A stretch of DNA of 63,872 bases, counting the filler, from Kipferlia bialata (taxonomy: Eukaryota): assembly GCA_003568945.1 (NCBI GenBank). It is 4 parts of 4 records of this genome, joined end to end, with 100 filler letters (N's around TTAATTAATTAA, not from the genome) between each part and the next. Parts side by side here need not be neighbours in the genome. Positions count along the whole stretch, not along the records: positions 41,357 to 61,808 come from BDIP01000372.1; positions 61,909 to 63,872 come from BDIP01000471.1; 2 more parts are not named here. One strand, written 5' to 3'. Each line of letters opens with the position of its first letter. Positions within the stretch are counted from its first letter, which is position 1. A program made the translations under genes and the position numbers. Below are positions 54,194 to 63,872 of the stretch, one piece after another. The notes beneath the pieces are model-generated. The model had not been told where the DNA came from, searched no databases, and saw only the letters and a program-made list of their open reading frames with translations.

Positions 54194-54207
54194 CCCTTAC
54201 CCCTAGT
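41895..54207 (+). CDS. Highly fragmented (>25 small exons) protein of unknown function: helical N-terminal half, acidic low-complexity C-terminal half; partial
   Basis: In-frame spliced chain VRKTLKDLIAVFER|GIQNVNRIDPPKK..|ELHSDLLSQRPP..|VAQAAAQRIVKRLLLETVF..|HLQSALDSLLVSTD..NKHR|VIETLTFAWTT..|..|YICSTYAQENL..|EMSTYRFRKC..|AALNIALTNKAY..|NWLRLSERD..|LNEWIQMDQ..|DMVSHLVQ... Ends are uncertain. Confidence 0.65.
43187..43712 (+). repeat. Donor-side exon echo array, 6 copies
   Basis: cacaaggcatt(t/c)atacccaacaagcacag|gta at ~43187 (exon), 43287, 43398, 43493, 43587 and 43682, separated by (TA)n(GA)n. Confidence 0.95.
45835..46802 (+). repeat. Acceptor-side exon echo array, 8 copies
   Basis: YYYAG|gcc(g/a)c(t/c)ct(g/c)aacat(t/c/a)gccctgaccaacaagg starting at 45845, 45954, 46077, 46182, 46304, 46465, 46582 and 46726. 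Only the last copy continues to a donor (46802). Confidence 0.95.
47887..48525 (+). repeat. Donor-side exon echo array, about 6 copies (RRAVPRKMPKR)
   Basis: aggagggcagtgcccag(a/g)aagatgcc(t/a)aagag|gta at 47899 (exon), ~48024, 48143, 48267, and partial copies at 48384 and 48503. Confidence 0.9.
53315..54058 (+). repeat. Donor-side exon echo array, 6 copies (RRESNRVASLR)
   Basis: Exon 53315-53362, then cagggtggccagtctgag|gta ending at ~53524, 53642, 53776, 53924 and 54054. Confidence 0.9.
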
Positions 54208-54268
54208 GATGACGTCACCTTCTCCGTCCCCCCCCCCCCCCCCCCCCCCTCCACCCCTCATTTTTCTT

Positions 54269-54639
54269 NNNNNNNNNNNNNNNNNNNNNNNNNNNNNNNN
54301 NNNNNNNNNNNNNNNNNNNNNNNNNNNNNNNNNNNNNNNNNNNNNNNNNNNNNNNNNNNNNNNNNNNNNNNNNNNNNNNNNNNNNNNNNNNNNNNNNNNN
54401 NNNNNNNNNNNNNNNNNNNNNNNNNNNNNNNNNNNNNNNNNNNNNNNNNNNNNNNNNNNNNNNNNNNNNNNNNNNNNNNNNNNNNNNNNNNNNNNNNNNN
54501 NNNNNNNNNNNNNNNNNNNNNNNNNNNNNNNNNNNNNNNNNNNNNNNNNNNNNNNNNNNNNNNNNNNNNNNNNNNNNNNNNNNNNNNNNNNNNNNNNNNN
54601 NNNNNNNNNNNNNNNNNNNNNNNNNNNNNNNNNNNNNNN
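54269..54639. other. Intra-scaffold assembly gap flanked by poly-C tracts
   Basis: Run of N, with C tracts at 54228-54249 and 54661-54674. Confidence 0.95.
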
Positions 54640-54998
54640 CAGGTGCTGTATGAGTGGTTGCCCCCCCCCCCCCCTCTCTCTCTCTCTCTTTATACAGTAC
54701 TCATTCCAGACCATACCCACCTTATGTATATGTATGACATGTAAGAGTAGTTGTCCCACCCCCCTCTCTCTCCTGCAGTAGACTGAACTATTTCACTCCA
54801 GACCATACCCACCTTGTGCATCTGTACGAGTGGGGTCCCCTCTCTCTCTTCATATACATATTATATACATCTGTGTAAGTATTTTAGTTTGTCCTGATTC
54901 CAGACCATACCCACCTTGTGCATCTGTACGAGTGGGGTCCTCTCTCTCTTCATATATATATACCTCTATGTAAGTATATTATACAATACTCATTCCAG

Positions 54999-57900
54999 AC
55001 CATACCCACCTGGTATTTGTGTATGACATGGCTCAGGGACTACCACAGTTCGGAATCATTCCAGATGGTTATGAGGTATGTGATGTACTTTGAATACCCC
55101 TCCCCCCTCCCACATCATACCAAACTTCTGCATACTATACTGTATTAATTACTGCCCTCCAACACCTCCTCCCTCCCTCTATCCCCTCTAACACCACACA
55201 CATTTCCCCCCCCCTCATACTCAAACGTAGATCCATATACTCCCTCCCTCTCTCCCATGTGTGTGCTATTCTTAGTGTAATGTGTTTCTGGGTATACTCT
55301 CTCTTCCTCACTACGTAGCACAAGATTATACTGATAGCAGAAGGGGTACACATATTCACCCCATACGTATATACAGTACATGGTATAGATTACCGTATAC
55401 ACCCTCTCCTCTCTGTCACCCCCCAGCATACAGAAGTCCCAGACGGCACAGTGCCTCTCAGACTGACAGATACTACATAATACTTATCGTATACAAATAG
55501 TATCTATTTGATGTATGTGTATATATATACCCATTCTTACCCCTAGACCCAGTCCCAGATGGCCCAGGGCCTCGCAGACTGGGTGAGGAAAGTGGACCCA
55601 GAGAGGTACGGTATATAGATGAATGTATACATATACACATATATATGTGTGTGTATAGAGAGAGGGTACTGGGTGAGGAAGGTGGACCCAGAGAAGCAAG
55701 ACATATTCACATTATATACTATGCATGTATAATGTTATCTACCTTACTATAGAGTGTGTGCAATATACATGTATCTATCTGTCTATTTTTCAGGATCATA
55801 CTAGTCTAACAGCCAGATTCACAGAGCTAGTGGCTGCCCTGCTGGAGTCTGTGCCTGAACCACCTCCCAAGGTATATGTGTACTGTATATACATATGTAT
55901 AATACGCTATGAATACTATTCATAGTGGACACCACGAATACTATTCATTGAATAGTGTGGGTACGGTTCATACTAGATGCTGGAGTATGCGCCTGAACCA
56001 CCACCCAAGGTATATATACTGCATATATACATCTATATAAGGATAATACACTATGAATAGTGGGTGGGTGTGTTATATACTAAATGCTTGAGTCTGTGCC
56101 TGAGCCACCCAGGGTATGCATATATATATATACATATCAATACCCACACACATATATATATATATGTATATGTGTATATCTATTTATAGTGCACGGAACA
56201 TTGAGAGTCATAGTTATACTATATATATATATATATATACTATATTAATACATACTATCTATATATTCTGACTCTCTAGGCACCTGAGCCTCCTCTAGCC
56301 TTTCCAGTCTATCCCTACTACCACCTTGGAGGGTCTTCTCTGGGTACACCCATTTCACGTCTCTACACGTTACCCAACGTCGCTGTACCCGGTACACCGC
56401 ACACCGTTCCCAGTACCACCCAGAGACCCAGCACTGGACCGAGACTCTATAGCCGCAGGGGATTCGACAGGCCTCTAGAGCCACCAGAGGTAGAAGGGGG
56501 CATGGGAGGAGAGAGGGAGAGACCTAAGCAGTGGGAGGGCGAGAGACATGGGGAGGGCAAGAGGCCTATGGCAGTGGGGGAGGGAGGGAGAGAGGAGAAT
56601 GTGAGTCTTCAGACTATTGGTACTGTAGGTACTCGCACTAGGATAGAAGAGGGAGGAGAAGGGGGAGAGAAGGATCCCTGGCCTAAGGTGTATCCTCTGT
56701 ATACATATGAGGTATACACCCCAACTGTAGGGGTAGGAGAGGTAGATAGACGGGAAGTAGGACAGGGAGAGAGGGACACAGAGAGCTTTGGCTATGCTGC
56801 CTATACAGCACATACCCAGAGTGTGAGTGGTGCTAGTACTCGTACTCATACTCCCTCACTCTATGGGGAGTGGAGATGGGCAGAGGGAGGGGAAGAGAGA
56901 GGGGGGGAGAGAGAGGGAGAGGATACAGCCCAGGCCCAGAGTGTGGGTGGTAGTTATACTGATACCTATCTCCCTATGGCGGGGAGATGGTCACAGAGAG
57001 ATGAAAAGGGAGAGGGAGAGGAGTTCTCTGGTGCAGGGTCTGAGACCACAGAGGAACTGGAGAGTGAGATACTAGGAGATGGAGACCGGGAAGGCGAGGA
57101 AGAGACTCTAGTAGAGACTCCCTTAGAGAGTGTGTCTGCGTCTTCTGTCCATGAGTGCACCTTTGCAGATCATGAAACTGGTGCTGATACTGCTACGTCC
57201 TCTGTGCATGAGCGGGTAGCAGAGGCTGTGTGGGTGACAACTGACCCTGACTCTAGCATAGGCTCTAGGGTCACAACCCCTAGTGGTGAGGGTGTCCCAC
57301 TCAGAGTAGCAGAGACAGAGGGAGAGAGAGAGGGAGAGGTGGAGCCAGCTAGTGATAGTGAAGGCTCTGAGCTTGATGGCATAGATGGAGAGGGAGACAG
57401 AGAGCCGGATGCAAAGGGAGAGGGAGAGGGAGAGAGTGGTGGGGACAGGTGGTACTGGGACTGTGATGGTTCCGATGACATGTCAAGAGAGAGAGCAGAT
57501 GGAGAGAGAGAGAAAGGTGACAAGTCAACAGAGGGGGAGAGAGAGCAGGACACAGAGAGAGAGTACAGTGATGGGTTCAGTGAGTCCTCCGACTTGGGTG
57601 ACCAGACCTCAACACAGAGAGAAGCAGAGGAAGGTGGAGAGAGGGAGAGAGAGAGGGAGAGAGAGGGGGGGAGAGAGAGTGATGTGTTCAATGAAAACCC
57701 AGTGGATATGGACTTGGACACAGACTCAGACGCCTCGGAGCCAGCAACGTACACCGTCAACCGTACACCGTTCGGCGCTTCAGAGCCAGACGCCTCGGAT
57801 CCAGAAGCACCTAGCCCAGCATCAGCTGGCACCAATCACCGTACGGATTACACCTCCCTGAGGTGCTGTCAGGAGGTATGATGTACTCGTAGGCCTTCCA

Positions 57901-58095
57901 CCGTGCCACCCTTCAGATAGCCAACTGGTAACTCAGTATATGATTGTTATAGACATATTCATATACTTAGATCCATTGAGTCCACGAATATCTTATCCCA
58001 GGCCTTCCACCGTGCCACCCTACAGATAGCCAGCCTCAATGCCAGGCTGGAGGACGCTCAGGTATAGTGTATGTATATATATACCCATCTAATGA

Positions 58096-58126
<31 letters not shown>

Positions 58127-58332
58127 ATAGAGACAAGCAGTAGAGACAAGCTGCCAGGTTGGAGGACACACAGGTATAGTACAACGATCAGAACACCTCG
58201 AGCTCTTTCAATCTAATGCATACCCTAGTTTCTGTCATTCTTGTCTCTCTGAAGTGATCCTTCTAACCCCAGCGCCATCTCTCTGAGGAGCAGAGGGGCC
58301 GGGAGGGAGAGCAGGTATGACAAAGATTCATG

Positions 58333-58365
<33 letters not shown>

Positions 58366-58418
58366 TGGCAGAGAGGGAGAGGAGGTACGACAAAGATTCA
58401 TATATATATACTTGTACA

Positions 58419-58451
<33 letters not shown>

Positions 58452-61400
58452 AAAGTGCTGGGGTGGTAGCAGGGGGCAGCATGTAGCGTGTATCTTCTGA
58501 ATCTCTAACTGCAGAAGAGGACTGCCCAACTCATCCCGACCCATGAGAAACCAATATATATCGATATATATACAGAGAGAGAGACAGTGAGTATCTATAC
58601 CCTCTATATATATCCTCACAACAGGAGAGGGCAGCTGAACTGATCCAGACCCTGAGGGAGGAGAGAGACACAGCACAGAGTCAGGCAATGGCACTGGCAT
58701 CACAGTTGGCAGCAGCTAAGGTGATATATAGAAATCTAGACCCACTTCAGACCAATCTTCTATACCTCGTATACAAGTTTTAGCCTCCGCTATCCATTCT
58801 TCGAGGTGTCAATGCACATATTCTTTTGCTTTCAAATTGAGAGAAAGAGATAAATAGTATTGAGACTCACTACTTACCCCAGCGCCGTATCTCCACTGTG
58901 CAGCGGGGTGTGATGAGCAAGTACTGCAGGTATGCACTTGGTATATAACCCAAACTCCCATAGAATACCTATGTGATATATGCATGTGTATATGTATACA
59001 TGTATATCTCCACTGTGCAGAGGGGTGTGATGAGCAAGTACTGCAGGTATGCACATGTGATATACTCGTATAGACTACTTATATGGTGTATGTACAAAAT
59101 GTGTACATGACACTGCAGGATAACTATCACTCAAGGAGAAGACTACCCTATTGTTATCATATGTTTATATTATATGTATAATGATATATATATACATATA
59201 TATATATATATACCATAAACCATATGCACTGACATCAGGATGACTATCGAGTCCCTCAAGGAGAAGGCCACCCTATACAGCAAGGAGAGGGACAGCGAGA
59301 GACAGGAGAAGGAAACGATGAGGTGAATATATACTACAATGTATAGTGTGAGTATATAGTATCTTATCACTTGTTCCAATGAATACCGTTTGACTAACGT
59401 TCTAGGCAGTCACTGAACTCAGTTCTGACAGAGAACACGTCACTACATGCCAGGATACAGGTGGGTTACTGCCTAGATCTATACCTCTACCAGTATTCAT
59501 TCACCTATCCATAGGAACTGGAGGCCCAAACCGTTTTCCACATACACATATTATTTCCTTTATGGTTGCCATATAGATCTAGTACGTGGTAGGATTAGTC
59601 TGTCGGTGACAGTGTGTTAACGGGTACACTATTGCACATATATATACTCTTACGTATAGGAACTTGAGGCCCAACTGAGCGCCAAGAGCACTCCTGCCGA
59701 GACACCATCTGTCACTCTACATGCTCCAGATTCTGAGAGTGCAGAGACAGCTGGTCATACCGGTGATGTAGTAGAGAAGGGAGAGATAGACGGAGAGGGA
59801 GAGAGGGATTATGAGATGGATGGGGACAAGACCGACAGTCTGGGCGAGACTGAGCTGCTGAGACAGGTGGGTGCATAGGAGTAATTGTAATATTGCATGG
59901 CTATTCCATATACATATTGATATTAGGGGATATATCAAGGACACTTACCAATACAGGTTGCCGTGCTCATTGGGGAGAGAGAGCTGGAGAGGGAGGCCAG
60001 GGAGAAGGCTGAGCGTAACAGAGACGACAAGACCCGGCAGTACGAGAGACTCAGAGAGAGACTAGAGGTGGAGTGCGCCAAACTATCAGGCTTGGCTGAG
60101 ACTGAGCGAGAGGCACGTGTTAAAGCAGAGAGACAAGTGCAATCACTCACGCGTCAGCTAGAGAGGGAGAGAGAGAGCAGCGGGGCCAACGAGGCCAGGC
60201 GCCAGAGGGAGAGAGAGCGAGTGGCGCAGGAGAATGCAAGAGAGAGGGAGAGAGTGGCCAATGAGATGAGGCAGAAGAAGAAGCAGAGAGAGAAGGAGAG
60301 GAAGGAGCAAGAGAAGAGAGAGAGAGAGAAGAGAGATGTCGCTGATGAGGAGGAGAGGCAGAGACGGAAGAGGGAGAACGCCAATGCTAGGGCCAGGGCC
60401 ACCAAGTATAGTTCGTGTCAAGAGGACTACTATAAGGTAAGATACACATATATATACATATTGATAGGTATGTGAATTATTGTGTATTTGCCAAGTATCA
60501 TTCATTGGCCACCAAGTCTAGTTCGTGTCAAGAGTACTACTATAAGGTATGTGTATACCATATACCATATACCATAGTTTACCATCAGAGTCCTGGCGTC
60601 CCTCTGCCACTGTCCCTGAGAATTGAATCGTATAGTGTACTACATTAGTATAGTATCAAGCACAATTGCCATTATAGCAATTATATAGCACTGCCTAATC
60701 CTTTCACATTTGGTGTCACTACCTGAGGTAGTCTATCTCTGCCACTGAATACTATCTTCAATACGAATATCTATGTGTATGTATTCATGTATGGTTACAC
60801 TAATATATTGACTCTAATAGTATATGAATCCCCCTCTGCCACTGTCCCTCAGATCAAGACGGCGTACTGTACCAATACTATATGTATCGTATTCCAACCC
60901 CAGAGCCTTGGCGTTACCCCCTCTGCCACTGTGTCTGAGATCAAGAAGGCATACCGCAAGTTGGCCCTGGAGTGGCACCCTGGTGAGTATGTACTCATAT
61001 TACATATATGATATATATATTATATATATATATAGTATATATATAATGTATATAATGTATATATATATAATATAGTAGACTATAGAGCACTATATATATA
61101 TATCACTATATACCATGGTATCATGGTAGATCAGGAAGCTGGCACTAGAGTGGCACCCTGGTGAGTACATACTACATACTGTTACACTACATAGTAATAC
61201 CTTCTACATGTACTGTATGTGCTATATACAATTCGTATGCACGTACTATCGTAGGATGGCCCTGGAGTGGCACTCTGGTGAGTATAAGTGTAGACCATTG
61301 ATTATAGACTATAGACTATATAATAGTAATGTATATATCTTTGTCCTCGCGTCATCCTCTGCACCATCTCTCACTGGTCAGACAGCTATCTAGTGTTAGA

Positions 61401-61808
61401 TGTTCTATAACCTGATTGTAAAAGAAATTGTATCTTGTTCTCTCGCTCACTTTTCAGACCGCAATCTGGACAGATCAGAGGAGGCCACAGAGGTCTTCAA
61501 GCGTCTCAAGGTATCAATTATTACAGTGGTCTCTTGCACCTTTGTATTGTGACCATTATAGGAGGTATTTTTGTATCTTTTGAGGTATATGAGGTCTTCA
61601 AGCGTCTCAAGGTACATACAGTACCCAGCAACTTGTGATCTCTTGCAAACAACGATATATGTATACTTGTTTGTGTGTACACTAACTCAAGGCCGCTTAT
61701 GACACCCTGAGTGATGCAGATGAGAGGACATGTACATATACATATATATATATAAATAGAGATAAGTCTAAACTAACCCTAAGGCTGCTTATGAGACCCT
61801 GAGTGATG
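54999..61808 (+). CDS. Large acidic/coiled-coil protein with a C-terminal J domain (class C DnaJ-like); partial at both ends
   Basis: Exons include 56280-57875, 58002-58061, 59957-60435 (..QEDYYK), 60904-60982 (SLGVTPSATVSEIKKAYRKLALEWHP), 61458-61510 (DRNLDRSEEATEVFKRLK) and AAY(D/E)TLSD. The HPD motif is rebuilt across a phase-1 intron. Confidence 0.8.
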
Positions 61809-61908
61809 NNNNNNNNNNNNNNNNNNNNNNNNNNNNNNNNNNNNNNNNNNNNTTAATTAATTAANNNNNNNNNNNNNNNNNNNNNNNNNNNNNNNNNNNN
61901 NNNNNNNN
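61809..61908. other. Artificial scaffold-joining linker
   Basis: 44 N + TTAATTAATTAA (61853-61864) + 44 N. Confidence 0.95.
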
Positions 61909-61950
<42 letters not shown>

Positions 61951-62472
61951 CGTTGTTACTGGAACGCAATATGTATTTGGCCCTTACATACATTAGCACA
62001 TATGTATGGCAAGGGGTTATGTACATATACTTGGGACACAAATAGAGTGGGGCGTTGAATGCTCCTGGACACGGGAGATAGAGAACGCCCTCCCATATTA
62101 AGACTGCACTAATATGCTATACACTCGCATATCCACTGTACAATGTAAGATTCAACGGAGATATGTGCACAACTACTAGAAACCCAGTCTCTTGATAGAA
62201 CTGGGAGTACATACGCACTGTGCCAGTACCTGAGCGTGGAGAGAGCCAGCGTGTCCTTCCGTGTTGCAAACATCGACCCCACTCCATCTGAGCTGTTGTG
62301 GGACATCCTCAACGATGGCAGACGACCTATGGAGAGAGAGAGAGAGGATGCTGAGCTTTACTGACAGCAAAATCACTGAACACATTTTTGGCAAAATTTT
62401 CTACACCCTTTGGTCTGTGCCGGAGAGCTACCACCAGCGGCTTTCACCCATTCACCGCCCGTAAAGCGAGGA

Positions 62473-63571
62473 ATGAGCGAGGAGACTGACAGATATCTGG
62501 AGGATACCCTCGGGTACCTCACCAAGAAGGATGCGAGTGGCGAGTCGCTGTACAGCCACCTGTCTGACATGATTGTGCGTCTTCTGGAGATCCAGGAGGG
62601 CCAGGTGTGTATTACAGCCCTATATTGCAGCTAATATTTGTATATAGAGTGGTATATGGAAGGAGTGGGAGCATGGGAGTGCACCCTGGGTGAGATGTGT
62701 GTGTTCAGTCTATCCACCTATTCCCTCTCTCTAGACAGTGCTGTATCCTTAGTATGTATATTATCCATCCACATTACATTCAATATTGGTTACATGAATA
62801 CTATATGTGGTGGGGTTGTTATTATTGGGTGCTGTAGTATACTCTATGTGCGAACTTTCCTCTGTCCAATATGTACCTGAACTCGTGTCTCTCTCTTTGT
62901 AATTCCCACGCCCTCTACCGCCTCAATATGTATACAGAGTCTCGATCTCTCTGTATGTTGGCCGCATAATGTTGTTTGTAGTGCAGTGTGGGTCTTATCC
63001 TTTGACAGTTTACAATTGTCTTGACTATAGTGTGGGTCTGGTATGTGTCTATACCGAGATATTCGATTAGTAGCTCACCCCTAAGAGTCTAGTGTGTGTC
63101 ATAGCAGTCTGTACTGTGCTTTCTATTGTTGCTCACCTCTAGGACCCAGACAGCAAATATATATATACTAATACGGACATTTAGTGTAGGTAGGGTATGT
63201 ATATATAGAGAGAGAGTATGAATGGTATATATATATATATATCTATCCACTGCTCACCCCTAGGACCCAGACAGCAATGCAGCCCCACCATCCTTTGAGG
63301 CAGTGTCCAGGGATATCAAGGTGGGTATACATATATGGCTATATAGAGAGAGATGTAGTGTATAGTGTATACATATAGAGACATACCTTTGAGGCAGTGT
63401 CCAGGGACATCAAGGTGTGTATAGAGAGCGAATATAGTATATATATATATCCACTCCTCTACCCCTCAAGAGTCCCACTGTGACCATTGTATATATAACC
63501 CTCAGGAGTCCCACTGTGACCAGCCTGTGCAGGATGAGCTGAAGAGCCAGTTCGACATATCACCGGAGCAG
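62473..63571 (+). CDS. RSP4/6: Flagellar radial spoke head protein 4/6 family, N-terminal exons (continues beyond the window)
   Basis: Exons 62473-62604, 63264-63320 and 63506-63571 give MSEETDRYLEDTLGYLTKKDASGESLYSHLSDMIVRLLEIQEGQ|DPDSNAAPPSFEAVSRDIK. This matches the family N-terminal pattern YL..xxSGxxLYxHLSxMxxxLL...FExxSxDxK as I recall it. Confidence 0.7.
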
Positions 63572-63819
63572 GTACATAACTATTCAATTGTATACATATT
63601 CATGTATAATACTATATATATTACAAATATACTACATGCTGTAATTACTGTTGTAATTGTAATCCTTGGTCAGTACATTAGGGGTCAGATCGACATATCA
63701 CCGGAGCAGGTACCGCAATATACTTAATACTGTATATTCATGTTTCATCTTATATACATTTTACTTTTGTCAGTACATATCGCTGGCGCAGAGGAATGTA
63801 CACATTTATGTATGTTGAT

Positions 63820-63872
<53 letters not shown>

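Noticed and set aside
20606..61908. Palindromic TTAATTAATTAA recurring about every 20.6 kb
   Set aside because: Always flanked by exactly 44 N on each side, so it is an artificial six-frame-stop linker. The regular spacing reflects size-sorted scaffolds (>=20605, 20551, 20452 bp). No synteny can be inferred across these points.
5755..63872. Long poly-G/poly-C tracts (e.g. 5755, 6517, 20565, 41376, 54228, 61909, 63821) as telomeres or G-quadruplex elements
   Set aside because: They sit at gap and contig edges where sequencing or assembly fails. Their lengths are unreliable and no telomeric repeat unit is visible.

Overview
This is eukaryotic draft-genome DNA, not prokaryotic. It consists of four unrelated scaffolds (1-20605, 20706-41256, 41357-61808, 61909-63872) joined by artificial 100-bp N44-TTAATTAATTAA-N44 linkers. 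Short GT-AG introns with the branch point fused to the acceptor (YTNAC-C(3-5)-AG), TA/GA microsatellite-rich introns and a radial-spoke gene point to an intron-rich flagellated protist; a metamonad such as Kipferlia is my inference only. Genes reconstructed by hand-splicing: a multi-pass membrane protein (-), a class-3 lipase, a 26-exon acyl-CoA synthetase, a >6,000-aa Cys-rich GCC2/GCC3-repeat transmembrane protein with a coiled-coil tail, a many-exon protein of unknown function, a coiled-coil protein with a C-terminal J domain, and the start of radial spoke head protein 4/6. The most striking signal is that many introns carry 'echoes', tandem copies of the adjacent exon edge with its splice site (up to 8 copies). 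They follow a consistent polarity and differ from the functional exon mostly at synonymous positions, although they look non-coding. This suggests exon-junction duplication with recombinational recycling, or else tandemly misassembled alleles.
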